Shown: in pieces, positions 39,618 through 49,590 of the stretch
Position numbering within the stretch: the stretch's first letter is position 1
Layout of the letters: every line of letters begins with the position of its first letter
Source: an uncultured delta proteobacterium
GTDB taxonomy: Bacteria > Desulfobacterota > Binatia > DP-6
DNA: 64,000 nucleotides
Direction: 5' to 3'
Assembly (NCBI GenBank): GCA_963815115.1
Contig: CAWFFN010000007.1
Location: 192,001 to 256,000, forward strand
Made by a program: the position numbers and the translations under genes
Notes under the pieces: generated by a model
Databases searched by the model: none
What the model was told of the DNA's origin: nothing
Seen by the model: only the letters and a program-made list of their open reading frames with translations

Positions 39618-41078
39618 GTGAGCCGCTTGCCTCCGTGGTTGGCAGCGGTGCTGTTGCTGGCGTCGAGCGTCGCCGGGTGCGATCGCCAAACGCCGCGCAA
39701 CCCCGCGATCGGGACCGCGGTGGCGGAGCCGCCGAGCGGCGCGCCGCTCTTCGAGCCCCCCGTCCTCGCGAGCGGCGCCGGGCGGCTGACGGTGGACCTC
39801 GACGCGGCTCCGGGCTCGTTCGTGATCGGCGGCGAGCAGTTCGCCGGGATGCTCTACGACGGCGCGTACATCCCGCCCGTATGGCGCGTCCGCCCGGGCG
39901 ACGTCCTGACCGTCACACTCCATAACCGCTTGCCCGAAATGACCAACCTGCACTTTCACGGCATGGAGGCGCCCCCGAGCGGAAACGGCGACAACATCTT
40001 CGTCCACGTCCAGCCGGGCGCTTCGTTCACGTATTCGTTCACCGTGCCCGAGCATCCCGGCCTGTTCTGGTACCACCCGCATGCGCACGGCCGAACCAGC
40101 CCGCAGATCATCGGCGGTATGTCGGGCGCCATCCTCGTGGACGGCGACGAGCGCTACTACCCGTTCCTCGCGGGGATGCGGGAGCGGCTGCTGCTCCTGA
40201 AGCACATCCCGCATCCGCAGGCAGACTACCAGGAGCTGGTCACGGTGAACGGCCAGCTCGCGCCGGCCATCTCCATCCGGCCGGGCGAGGCACAGCTCTG
40301 GCGGGTTGCGAACATCGGCGCCGATCTGTTCCTGAAGATCGCCGTGGCGGGTATGCCCTTCTACGTGGTGGCCACCGACGGACACTACCTCGGCCACCCG
40401 ACACGCATGGACGAGGTGCTGCTGGGTCCGGGCGGGCGGATCGAGGCCGTGGTGGTCGGAGGACCGAAGGGCCGCTACGCGTTCGAATCGATCCCGTTCG
40501 TGATGGAGCAGGGCCGGCCCCCGCTACCGCGGCATGCGCTCGGAACGGTGCTGTCCGAAGGTCCCGCAGCCGACGTGGACGCGGTCGCATCACGCGTCGA
40601 GGGCGAGACGGTCAACCAGTCGCGCTACATCGACGCGCTGCGGGCGAGCCCCATTGCGCGGCGCCGGACCATGACGTTCTCGCGTACCGCGGATCGCTCC
40701 AAGTTCTTCATCAACCAGCGGCAGTTCGATGAGGCCCGAACCGACGTCACGGTCGAGCTCGGCGACATCGAGGAGTGGACGCTGGTCAACGCGGACAACC
40801 AGCTTCACAACTTCCACATCCACCAGACCGAGTTTCTCGTCACGGAAATCGACGGCGCACCGCAGCGGATGGACAGCCTCTACGACACGTTCGCGTTGCC
40901 CGCCGCGAAGGATGGCAAGCCGAGCAGGGTCAAAGTCGTGATCCCCTTCACCAACCCGGCGATCGTGGGGCGGTTCGTATTCCACTGTCACGTCGTGAAG
41001 CACGAGGACAAGGGCATGATGCAGACCATCGAGGTGGTCGCCCTGTCCCCGCGCCGCCCGCGACGGCGAGCGCGGTGA
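39618..41078 (+). CDS. multicopper oxidase (lipoprotein)
   Basis: HFHG, WYHPHAH, HNFHIH, HCHVVKHEDKGMM; lipobox VAGC. Confidence 0.93.
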   Translation: MSRLPPWLAAVLLLASSVAGCDRQTPRNPAIGTAVAEPPSGAPLFEPPVLASGAGRLTVDLDAAPGSFVIGGEQFAGMLYDGAYIPPVWRVRPGDVLTVTLHNRLPEMTNLHFHGMEAPPSGNGDNIFVHVQPGASFTYSFTVPEHPGLFWYHPHAHGRTSPQIIGGMSGAILVDGDERYYPFLAGMRERLLLLKHIPHPQADYQELVTVNGQLAPAISIRPGEAQLWRVANIGADLFLKIAVAGMPFYVVATDGHYLGHPTRMDEVLLGPGGRIEAVVVGGPKGRYAFESIPFVMEQGRPPLPRHALGTVLSEGPAADVDAVASRVEGETVNQSRYIDALRASPIARRRTMTFSRTADRSKFFINQRQFDEARTDVTVELGDIEEWTLVNADNQLHNFHIHQTEFLVTEIDGAPQRMDSLYDTFALPAAKDGKPSRVKVVIPFTNPAIVGRFVFHCHVVKHEDKGMMQTIEVVALSPRRPRRRAR

Positions 41079-41092
41079 TCACGAAGGGAGCA

Positions 41093-41131
41093 TCCCGGCG
41101 CCGGTCGGGAGGACCGGCGCCGGGAGCTTTT
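41093..41131. terminator. GC-rich hairpin terminator between convergent genes
   Basis: TCCCGGCGCCGGTC-GGGAG-GACCGGCGCCGGGA followed by GCTTTT. Confidence 0.7.
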
Positions 41132-41161
41132 GCTTACGAGCTACTCTACGAAGCGCGTGCC

Positions 41162-43321
41162 CTAGGGCACGACCGTGAACGTCGCATTCCCGGGCAGGCT
41201 GATCGAGCCCGGTCCGGGCAGATCGGCGATGCCGTCGACCGACAGGTTGCCGGTCATCGGGATGCAGAAGATGCTCACCAGGGTCGACGGATGCGGCAGG
41301 CCATCCGAGCCGTCACCCGCGGGCGAGCCCGTCTGGGTGATCTGCTCGGCGGTCGACTGTCCGAAGGCGCCAGCATTGATCTGGCCCGGACAGAAGATGC
41401 CGTCCGCGGCCGTCTGGGTAGCGGAGCCGGTCGTGAGCGGGGTCAGGTCGACCGGCAGCGTGGCGACGAAGCTCCCTGCACCAGGCATGCAGTCGAGGCT
41501 CGTCTGGTTGACGTTGGTGGTGGTGCAGGCCTGGCCCGCGTTCTCGCCGTAGCTGCAGGCGCCGCCGATGCACTGCGGGCAGGCCGTCGGCTGGCCGAGG
41601 CTCAGGAAGACGCGCGAGGCGAGGTTGATGCTGACGGACGACTCGCCCGTGAGGACGTCGAGCGTTCCGCTGCCGTCGGTCGCGAAGGTGTTGACCACGC
41701 AGGTCGAGGGGAAGCCGTTGACCGGCACCGGCGGTCCGAAGAAGCAGGTGGGGTCGAATGCACAGGCGCCCAGGAGCCCGGTGCAGTCGGCGTCGCTGGT
41801 GCACTCCACCGCCGGGTTGTTGACGCAGTGCTGGGTCGGCTGCGGGCCCGTGGTGCAGTCCGCCCGGCTGGTGCCGAGGCTGGCGATCAGGTTCACGTTG
41901 TCCGTCGTCTCGAAGATCGAGGTGGCATTCTCGGGAATGAGCGACGGGGGCTCGCTGGAAGCGCCGCCACCGATGTACAGGCAGCCGAGACCGAGCTGCA
42001 GGACCGGCATCGTGCCACCCGTGTCGGAGGACAGCTGGCCCGAGAAGGGTCCGAGCCCGACGTCCGGGTTGTTCTCATTGGGCTGCTGGCAGTCCGAGCC
42101 CACCACGGTGGTGAAGCTCAGGTGGGTGCCGAGCGGCGGAGGCTCCGTCGTGGTCGTGGTGGACGTCGTCGTCGTGGTCGTGCTCGTGGTCGGCACGGTC
42201 AGGGAGCGCGACAGCGCCTGGGCGAAGATGTCGATCGCCGTCTCGATGGGTGTGAGCTGGTCAGGGGTGCCGCACGTCTTGAGCGCGCCGTTGAAGGACG
42301 AGCCGGCCTTGGGGCCACAGCTCTCGGCCACTGCGAGTCCGGAGCTCGCGGCCTTGGACCAGCACTTCGCGACGGCCTGGGCCTTCTTGCCGACCGCGGC
42401 CATCTTCTTGCCGGCGCAGATGTCCGGGCCCGGCGCGCCGCTGCTGACGATCTGCAGGGTGCTGGCGATCATGTTGTCGACGGCGGCCTCGAACGTGGCC
42501 GGGTCGAGGTTGTCCCCGTGGCGGCCGCCGACCAGGCAATCGCCCTTGTCGCCCGCCTTCGCGAAGCCGCTGTCGAAGGCGTTGACGGCCTTCTGGATGC
42601 AGTTCGCGTCGACCGGGACGCCCTTCTGGAGCGCCTTGGAGTAGCAGGTGGCCTCGGCCTTGGCCTTCTTGCCAGCGGCGTCGATGGCGCCCTGCGCGCA
42701 CTTGCTCGGCGAGCCGGTCCCCACGATCGTGAAGCCCATGTTGTCCACGGTGAGGATCTCGACGGCGGCGAAGAGGCCGGACGTGCCGCACGAGTGTGTC
42801 GTGGTGAGGCTGACCGTCGTTGCGGGAGCGCTGAAGTCGAGGGAGATCGTGAGGCCACCGGCCGGGATGGTCGTGGTGCTGGTCCCGACCAGGGCCTGGC
42901 TCTCGTCGAAGCCCTGGAGCGTCACGGCCATCGTGCCCATGCAGTCGAGGCCGAGCGTGGTGGCGTCGAACTGGAGGTGGGTGATCGGCGGATAGAAGAA
43001 CATGGTCTCGGGCGACTGCGGGATGCCGCCGCTGCCCATCGACACGAAGCTCGCGAAGACCAAGACATTGGGCGGCGAGATACCCGGCTGGCTGCTCCCG
43101 ATGTCGAAGATCGTGCCGCCATTCTCGCCGAAGCCCATGAACTGGACGCCGAGATCGGCTTCCTCGTTGGTCGCGGGAACAGCCGTGGTGATGGACTCGG
43201 GCGAGCCGACGTTGTCGAAGTTCACCAGCACGTCGCTGGGGGAGACCGGCGTGAACTGGGCCGTCGCATTGCGGGCCAGCGCCGCCAGCACGAGGGCGCT
43301 CACGAGGAGGAATCGTTTCAT
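41162..43321 (-). CDS. secreted Cys-rich multidomain protein, tandem paralog A
   Basis: Signal peptide after GGAG SD, beta-rich N-domain, KC..AGKK..C repeats, poly-Thr linker, Cys-rich C-domain. Confidence 0.85.
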   Translation of the reverse strand: MKRFLLVSALVLAALARNATAQFTPVSPSDVLVNFDNVGSPESITTAVPATNEEADLGVQFMGFGENGGTIFDIGSSQPGISPPNVLVFASFVSMGSGGIPQSPETMFFYPPITHLQFDATTLGLDCMGTMAVTLQGFDESQALVGTSTTTIPAGGLTISLDFSAPATTVSLTTTHSCGTSGLFAAVEILTVDNMGFTIVGTGSPSKCAQGAIDAAGKKAKAEATCYSKALQKGVPVDANCIQKAVNAFDSGFAKAGDKGDCLVGGRHGDNLDPATFEAAVDNMIASTLQIVSSGAPGPDICAGKKMAAVGKKAQAVAKCWSKAASSGLAVAESCGPKAGSSFNGALKTCGTPDQLTPIETAIDIFAQALSRSLTVPTTSTTTTTTSTTTTTEPPPLGTHLSFTTVVGSDCQQPNENNPDVGLGPFSGQLSSDTGGTMPVLQLGLGCLYIGGGASSEPPSLIPENATSIFETTDNVNLIASLGTSRADCTTGPQPTQHCVNNPAVECTSDADCTGLLGACAFDPTCFFGPPVPVNGFPSTCVVNTFATDGSGTLDVLTGESSVSINLASRVFLSLGQPTACPQCIGGACSYGENAGQACTTTNVNQTSLDCMPGAGSFVATLPVDLTPLTTGSATQTAADGIFCPGQINAGAFGQSTAEQITQTGSPAGDGSDGLPHPSTLVSIFCIPMTGNLSVDGIADLPGPGSISLPGNATFTVVP

Positions 43322-43650
43322 GTCGCACTCCTTCCGCAGAATGTTCGGTTCGGTCGTTCGTCCGCCGTCGAGCGCGCGCACCGTGGCCGGCAGCGGGGAT
43401 CTGAGGGTCAGGTCAACCGACTCTCATGCATTGCCCTCCCGAAGGGGCCGGTTGCTCGCGAGGTCGGCGAGCGCGTCGAGTGCTTCGATCATCCCCAGAA
43501 CCTCCCGGCGCCTCGCGGGCACTTGGTTCACGAGGCGGCGTGCTGGGCGACCCGGTCCGGAGTGACAGCTTCGGAGTCAGGTCGGTGTGGCCGGTTTGCA
43601 GCTTCTCCGTCTGAAACCTCGTTGCAACGTGTCGCTCATCGAAGAAGACA

Positions 43651-43687
43651 GCTCCCGGCGCCGGTCGGGAGGACCGGCGCCGGGAGC
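43651..43687. terminator. duplicated hairpin terminator
   Basis: GCTCCCGGCGCCGGTC-GGGAG-GACCGGCGCCGGGAGC. Confidence 0.65.
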
Positions 43688-43721
43688 GTTTACTTACGAG
43701 CTATTCTGCGAAACGCGTGCC

Positions 43722-45887
43722 CTAGGGCACGACGGTGAACGTCGCATTCCCGGGCAGGCTGATCGTGCCCGGACCGGGCAGATCGGCGATGCCGTCGACC
43801 GACAGGTTGCCGGTCATCGGGATGCAGAAGATGCTCACCAGGGTCGACGGATGCGGCAGGCCATCCGAGCCGTCACCCGCGGGCGAGCCCGTCTGGGAGA
43901 TGGCCTGGGCGGTGTCCTGTCCGAAGGCGCCGGCATTGATCTGGCCCGGGCAGAAGATGCCGTCCGCGGCCGTCTGGCTGGCGGTGCCGGTCGTGAGCGG
44001 GGTCAGGTTGACCGGCAGCGTGGCGACGAAGCTGCCCGACCCAGGCATGCAGTCGAGGGTCGTCAGGTTGACGTTGGTGGTGGTGCACGGCTGCCCGACC
44101 TGGTCGCCGTCGTTGCAGACGTTGCCGATGCACTGCGGGCAGGCCGACGGCCGGCCGAGGGTCAGGAAGACCCGCGAGGCGAGGTTGATGCTGACCGACG
44201 ACTCGCCCGTGAGGAGATCGAGGGTGCCGCTGCCGTCGGTTGCGAACGAGTTGACCACGCAGGTCGAGGGGAAGCCGTTGACCGGCACCGGCGGCCCGAA
44301 GAAGCAGGTCGGGTCGAAGGCACAGGCGCCCAGGAACCCGGCGCAGTCGCCGTCACTGGTGCACTCGACCGCCGGATTGTTGACGCAGTGCTGGGTCGGC
44401 TGCGGGCCCGTGGTGCAATCCGCGCGGCTCGTGCCGAGGCTGGCGACCAGGTTCACGCTGTCCGGCGACTCGAAGATCGAGGTGGCGTTCTCGGGAATGA
44501 GCGACGGCGGCTCGCTGGAGTTGCCTCCACCGATGTACAGGCAGCCGAGACCGAGCTGCAGGACCGGCATGGTGCCGCCCGTGTCGGAGGAGAGCTGGCC
44601 CGAGAACGGTCCGAGCCCCACTGTCGGGTCGAACTCATTCGGCTGCTTGCAATCCGAGCCCGGCGTGGTGGTGAAGCTCAGGTGGGTGCCGAGCGGCGGG
44701 GGCTGCGTCGTGGTCGTGGTGGACGTCGTCGTCGTGGTCGTGCTCGTCGTCGGCACGGTCAGGGAGCGCGACAGCGTCTGGGCGAAGAAGTCGATCGCCG
44801 TCTCGATGGGTGTGAGCTGGTCAGGGGTGCCGCACGTCTTGAGCGCGCCGTTGAAGGACGAGCCGGCCTTGGGGCCACAGCTCTCGGCCACTGCGAGTCC
44901 GGAGCTCGCCGCCTTGGACCAGCACTTCGCGACTGCCTGGGCCTTCTTGCCCACCGACGCCATCTTCTTGCCGGCGCAGATGTCCGGGCCCGGCGCGCCG
45001 TTGCTGACGATCTGCAGGGTGGTGGCGATCATGTTGTCGACCGCGCCCTCGAACGTGGCCGGGTCGAGGTTGTCCCCGTGCCGGCCGCCGATCAGGCAAT
45101 CGCCCTTGTCGCCGGCCTTCGCAAAGCCGCTGTCGAAGGCGTTGACGGCCTTCTGGATGCAGTTCTGATCGACCTCGACGCCCTTCTGGAGGGCCTTGGA
45201 GTAGCAGCTCGCCAGGGCCTTGGCCTTCTTGCCGGCGGCGTCGATCGCGCCCTGCGCGCACTTGCTCGCGGTGCCGGTGCCCACGATCGTGAAGCCCATG
45301 TTGTCGACGGTGAAGATCTCGACGCCGGCGAACAGGCCCGACAGGCCGCACGCGTGCCCGGAGGTGAGGACCACCGTCGTGGCGGGAGCGGAGAACTCGG
45401 TCGAGATGGTGAGGCCCTCGACCGGGACGTTCGTGGTGCTGCTCCCGACCGGCGCCTGGCTCGCGTCGAAGCCCTGGACGGTCACGTTTGCGGTCCCCTG
45501 ACAGTCGATGCCGAGCGTCGTGGCGTCGAACTGGAGCGAGGTGATCGGCGGGTAGAAGGTCAGGGTTTCGGGCGTCTGCGGGACGCCACCGTTCGCCATC
45601 GAGAAGAAGCTCGCGAAGACCAGCGTGTTGGGCTCCGAGATCCCCGGGGTGTTGGGGCTGCCGAGATCGAAGAGGAACCCGCCGTTCTGGCCGAAGCCGG
45701 CGAACTGGACACCGAGATCGGCGACTTCGTTGGTGAACGGGACAACCGTGGTGATGTCGCCCGTCACGGGGGGCAGGTTGTCGAAATTCACCAGCACGTC
45801 GCTCGGGGATACCGTGACGAACTGCGCCGTCGCGGTCCGAGCAAGTGCCCCGAATACCAGGGCGCTCACGAGCAGCATTCGCTTCAT
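43722..45887 (-). CDS. secreted Cys-rich multidomain protein, tandem paralog B
   Basis: Colinear and highly similar to 41162-43321. Confidence 0.85.
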   Translation of the reverse strand: MKRMLLVSALVFGALARTATAQFVTVSPSDVLVNFDNLPPVTGDITTVVPFTNEVADLGVQFAGFGQNGGFLFDLGSPNTPGISEPNTLVFASFFSMANGGVPQTPETLTFYPPITSLQFDATTLGIDCQGTANVTVQGFDASQAPVGSSTTNVPVEGLTISTEFSAPATTVVLTSGHACGLSGLFAGVEIFTVDNMGFTIVGTGTASKCAQGAIDAAGKKAKALASCYSKALQKGVEVDQNCIQKAVNAFDSGFAKAGDKGDCLIGGRHGDNLDPATFEGAVDNMIATTLQIVSNGAPGPDICAGKKMASVGKKAQAVAKCWSKAASSGLAVAESCGPKAGSSFNGALKTCGTPDQLTPIETAIDFFAQTLSRSLTVPTTSTTTTTTSTTTTTQPPPLGTHLSFTTTPGSDCKQPNEFDPTVGLGPFSGQLSSDTGGTMPVLQLGLGCLYIGGGNSSEPPSLIPENATSIFESPDSVNLVASLGTSRADCTTGPQPTQHCVNNPAVECTSDGDCAGFLGACAFDPTCFFGPPVPVNGFPSTCVVNSFATDGSGTLDLLTGESSVSINLASRVFLTLGRPSACPQCIGNVCNDGDQVGQPCTTTNVNLTTLDCMPGSGSFVATLPVNLTPLTTGTASQTAADGIFCPGQINAGAFGQDTAQAISQTGSPAGDGSDGLPHPSTLVSIFCIPMTGNLSVDGIADLPGPGTISLPGNATFTVVP

Positions 45888-46526
45888 GTCACTCTCCTTC
45901 CGGGTAGTCTGTGTACGGTCCATCTTCATCCGCTGTTGACTGCGAGACCGCGGTCGGCAGCGGGTCTCACGCCTGGGTCAGCCGGCTCTCATGCTTCGCC
46001 CTCCCGAAGGGGCCTATTCCCCGGGCGGTCGGCGGGTGGGTGTATCGGGTTCAGGCTTGGGCCCCGAACCTCCCGGCGCTTCGCGGGCACTTGGTTCGCG
46101 AGGCGGCGTGCTGGGCGACCCGATCGGGAGTGACAGCCCCAGACCATGGTCGGAGTCGATTTTCGCGAGTTTTTTCGGCTACTTTCCGGGGTCAGTGCGC
46201 AAGCTCGGCGGGAGAGTGCTCCAAGCCCGCCTACCGGCGCGAGCGCCGATCGTCGCGAGGCGCCGTCCCGTACCTTCGGGCGCCTAGAGTCATTGCGACA
46301 CGCCGATACTGACATGTCAGTTTACCGAGTGCCTGCTCTAGACGAGGCGCCGGCATTTTGTCAACGAACAATTTTGTAGAGAGTCAGAAAAAATCGTTCA
46401 TCTCGACGTGAATGGGCAGCATCGTCGCTGAGCGGATGACGACGCGCCGTGCCATCCCGACCTCGTGGGCGGCCGGCGGACCGTCGCTGTTGACACGGCC
46501 GGGCGCTCAGGGGGACGAAGGGCATC

Positions 46527-47204
46527 ATGGTCGACCTCTACACCGCCCCCACGCCGAACGGTCACAAGGCCTCGATCACCCTGGAGGAGCTCGGGATTCC
46601 CTACGAGGTACACGTGGTGAATCTGATGGGAGGAGACCAGAGGAAGCCGGAGTTCCTCGCCATCAACCCCAACGGCCGCATCCCCGCCATCGTCGACCGC
46701 GACGAGGGCGACTTCGCGGTCTTCGAATCGGGCGCCCTCATGATCTATCTGGCCGAGAAGGCGGGGCGCCTGCTGCCCTCGGATCGCCGGGGCCGCTCGC
46801 TGGTCATCCAGTGGCTGATGTTCCAGATGGGCGGCATCGGGCCCATGATGGGCCAGGCGAACGTCTTCTATCGCTACTTCCCGGAGAAGATCCAGCCGGC
46901 CATCGATCGCTACCAGCACGAGTGCCGCCGGCTGTTCGAGGTACTCGAAGGGCAGCTCGCCCACGGCGAGTGGCTGGCCGGCGACTACTCGCTCGCCGAC
47001 ATCGCGAACTGGTCATGGGTGCGCACGCACAAGTGGTCGGGCGTCCCCGTGGAGGGACTCGAGCACCTGCAACGCTGGATGGGGCAGATGGCCGCCCGTC
47101 CGGCGTGTCAGCGCGGGATCGACGTGCCGTTCCGGATGCCGGACCTGACGGAAGTGGACGCCGAGCAGTTCGCCAAGGGCGCCCAGTCCATCCTGCAGCG
47201 CTGA
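46527..47204 (+). CDS. glutathione S-transferase, YfcG/YghU (Nu-class)-like
   Basis: [24 protein letters not shown]. Confidence 0.93.
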   Translation: MVDLYTAPTPNGHKASITLEELGIPYEVHVVNLMGGDQRKPEFLAINPNGRIPAIVDRDEGDFAVFESGALMIYLAEKAGRLLPSDRRGRSLVIQWLMFQMGGIGPMMGQANVFYRYFPEKIQPAIDRYQHECRRLFEVLEGQLAHGEWLAGDYSLADIANWSWVRTHKWSGVPVEGLEHLQRWMGQMAARPACQRGIDVPFRMPDLTEVDAEQFAKGAQSILQR

Positions 47205-47220
47205 GGAGGCCTCTCCCGCC

Positions 47221-49527
47221 TCAGAGCGTGACGGCGTCCGGGTAGCACCATCCCCAGTCCTCCCCGGGCTCCAACGACTTGATGATGGGATGATGGGAGG
47301 CGTGGTTGTGTGCTGTGGCGTGCTTGTTGGGTGACGAATCGCAGCAGCCGACGTGGCCGCACGTCATGCAGATGCGGAGATGCACCCAGCGATCACCCGT
47401 GCGCAGGCAATCCTCGCAGCCGCGGGCGCTCGGCATCACGCGCTTGATCTGTCCGAGGTGCCCGCAGCGCACCCCTGGCTGAGGGTCGAGCTCGACGGGG
47501 CGTTCGGTGTCCACCACGGTCCGAGTGTCCGCCAGGGCATCGGACATCGCAACCGGGTCGAGCGTGCCGACCCGGAAGAGCGGCGCCGCCTGCGCGAACA
47601 TGTCGGCCGTACCGGCGAGGATCAGCTCGTCGCCGGCCCGGATGGTCTCGCCCGCCGGCGGCGCCGGCTGCTCGAGCGTGCCGCGGCGAAGCCGCTCGAC
47701 CGTGAGCGGGAGGTCTCCGAGCGACAGCCCTTCCACGGGCGCGCCCGCGCGGATCGTTACCGTGCGGCGCGCGAGACAGTCGACTCCCAGGTCGCACTCC
47801 ACGACCGGCGATGCCGGCTGCTGATCGTCGCGCAACGCCGCGTAGCCGCCGCGCCGCACGACCTCCTCGTTGCGGTCGATCTCTTCCGCCGGCAGATCGT
47901 AGCTCCGCATGACGTCGGCGAACAGCTGCACGACGCTCTCGAGCTCGGCGGCGATGACGCGATCGGCCCCGGCTGCGATGAGCGGCTCCACCTCGGCGAT
48001 GTAACGCGTGCGCACGATGATGCGCATGGTCGGATTCGTGATTCGGGCGACCGAGGTCACGCGGTGTGCCATGGCCGGGTCGTCGTCCGGCACCACCAGG
48101 ACCTTGGCGCGGTCGGCGCCCGCCAGCAGCAGCGTGTGCGTGCGGCTCGCATCGCCGAGCAGCACCGGGAGCGACGCCGCGGCCGCCTCGGTCGCACCCT
48201 CGGGGCTGAGGGTCGTGATGACGAACGGAATGTGCGAGCCGTGGAGGACCCGCACGAGGCCGCGGGCGCCCTGGCCATAGCCGGCGACGACCACGTGGTT
48301 CTCGCGCCGTGGCCCCTCGAGAGCCGGCGCGGCGCTGTCGTCCTCCGGGAGGGGCGCCTGACGCGCCACCCGGTGCGCCCCGGCTGCCCCGAGCGCGGTG
48401 AGGAACGGCGTCAACACCATCAGGACGACGGTGGTGGCGATGAACGCCTGCGAGCCGGCGTCGCCGAGGCCGGCGGGTGACAGGCCGGCGACGCGGCCGG
48501 CACGCTCGAGCACGAAGGAGAACTCCCCGACCTGCGCGAGCATGAGCGCGGCGGCGATCGCCACCGGAAGGCGCTCGCGGAGGGCGAGCACGCCGGCACC
48601 GGTCGTGAGGATCTTCACCAGGAGGACCGCCGCGATGCCCGCCGCCACCAGCGGCAGATGGCTCACCAGGAAGCCGAGATCGAGCAGCATGCCCACCGAC
48701 ACGAAGAAGGTCGCGCTGAAGAGTATCTGGAGCGGCAGTATCTCGCCGAGCGCGTGCTGGCTGAAGCGGCTCTCGCTGACCACGAGACCGGCGAGGAAGG
48801 CGCCCAGCGACAGGCTCACACCCGCCAGGTTGGTGAGGAACGCGGTACCGAAGCAGATCGCGATCACGGTGAGCAAAAACAGCTCCGGCGAGCAGGTCCG
48901 CGCGACCTGCTCGAGCACGAGGGGCATGAGCCGGCGGGCGACGAGGAGCACGGCAACGATGATGCCGCCCGCCTTGGCGAGCGCCCACACGATATCGGTG
49001 CTCGAACCGCCGGTGCCCCCGAGCATCGGCACGAGCAGCACCATCACCACGACGGCGAGGTCCTGGAAGATGAGGATGCCGAGGCCGATCCGGCCGTGCG
49101 CCGTGGCGGTTTCGTTCCGGTCGGCGAGCAGCTTGAGGACGATCGCGGTGGAGCTGAGCGAGACGAGGAAGCCCGTGAAGAGACCGCTGCGCCAGTCCAC
49201 ACCGAACGCCAGCAGCAGGGCGAGCGTCCCGAGGGAGGCGAGCGCGACCTGGAGACCGCCGCCCGCGAAGATGGCGGTCTTCATCTCGGCAAGGCGCTCC
49301 AGGCTGAACTCGATGCCGATCGTGAAGAGCAGGAACATGACGCCCACTTCCGCGGCCGCGTCGACCACCGCCTGGTCGTGCACGAGCCCGAGCGCATTGG
49401 GACCGATGACGACTCCTGCGACGAGGAAGCCAACGATCGGCACCAGGCCGATGCGGAAGCAGACGTACGCGATGCTCGCGCCGGCGATGACGAGCGCGAC
49501 CGAGTCGGTGAGGAAGGAGTGCGGCAT
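47221..49527 (-). CDS. CPA2/Kef-type cation:proton antiporter with RCK domains and C-terminal UBP-type zinc finger
   Basis: LLFTIGIEFS, SSTAIV, IFQD, QVGEFSFV, VAGYG; CEDC..WVHLRICMTCGHVGCCD..HATAH. Confidence 0.9.
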   Translation of the reverse strand: MPHSFLTDSVALVIAGASIAYVCFRIGLVPIVGFLVAGVVIGPNALGLVHDQAVVDAAAEVGVMFLLFTIGIEFSLERLAEMKTAIFAGGGLQVALASLGTLALLLAFGVDWRSGLFTGFLVSLSSTAIVLKLLADRNETATAHGRIGLGILIFQDLAVVVMVLLVPMLGGTGGSSTDIVWALAKAGGIIVAVLLVARRLMPLVLEQVARTCSPELFLLTVIAICFGTAFLTNLAGVSLSLGAFLAGLVVSESRFSQHALGEILPLQILFSATFFVSVGMLLDLGFLVSHLPLVAAGIAAVLLVKILTTGAGVLALRERLPVAIAAALMLAQVGEFSFVLERAGRVAGLSPAGLGDAGSQAFIATTVVLMVLTPFLTALGAAGAHRVARQAPLPEDDSAAPALEGPRRENHVVVAGYGQGARGLVRVLHGSHIPFVITTLSPEGATEAAAASLPVLLGDASRTHTLLLAGADRAKVLVVPDDDPAMAHRVTSVARITNPTMRIIVRTRYIAEVEPLIAAGADRVIAAELESVVQLFADVMRSYDLPAEEIDRNEEVVRRGGYAALRDDQQPASPVVECDLGVDCLARRTVTIRAGAPVEGLSLGDLPLTVERLRRGTLEQPAPPAGETIRAGDELILAGTADMFAQAAPLFRVGTLDPVAMSDALADTRTVVDTERPVELDPQPGVRCGHLGQIKRVMPSARGCEDCLRTGDRWVHLRICMTCGHVGCCDSSPNKHATAHNHASHHPIIKSLEPGEDWGWCYPDAVTL

Positions 49528-49590
49528 GCGGCTGCGCAACCATTCCGTGCCGCTGCAGGCGGCACAAGGGGGTTCCTGGCGCGGCGGGGC

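Larger units (their letters stand above)
41093..46137. repeat. tandem duplication (period 2560 bp) covering terminator, gene and leader
   Basis: Stops at 41162 and 43722, hairpins at 41093 and 43653, and identical tracts at 42241 and 44801 all differ by 2560. Confidence 0.9.

Noticed and set aside
42140-42200. GTC/GTG trinucleotide-like repeats (also ~44705-44755, ~60440-60540 and ~16715-16770)
   Set aside because: Explained by poly-Thr/Ser and poly-Pro coding linkers
43510-43540. GGGCACTTG resembling the c-di-GMP-II riboswitch core
   Set aside because: It is antisense to the downstream gene and the GTGCAACCG pseudoknot partner is missing
40775-46133. Very long plus-strand ORFs (987 aa, 848 aa) and similar shadow ORFs throughout the window
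   Set aside because: Antisense or alternative frames of real high-GC genes; Arg/Ala/Pro-rich with no motifs
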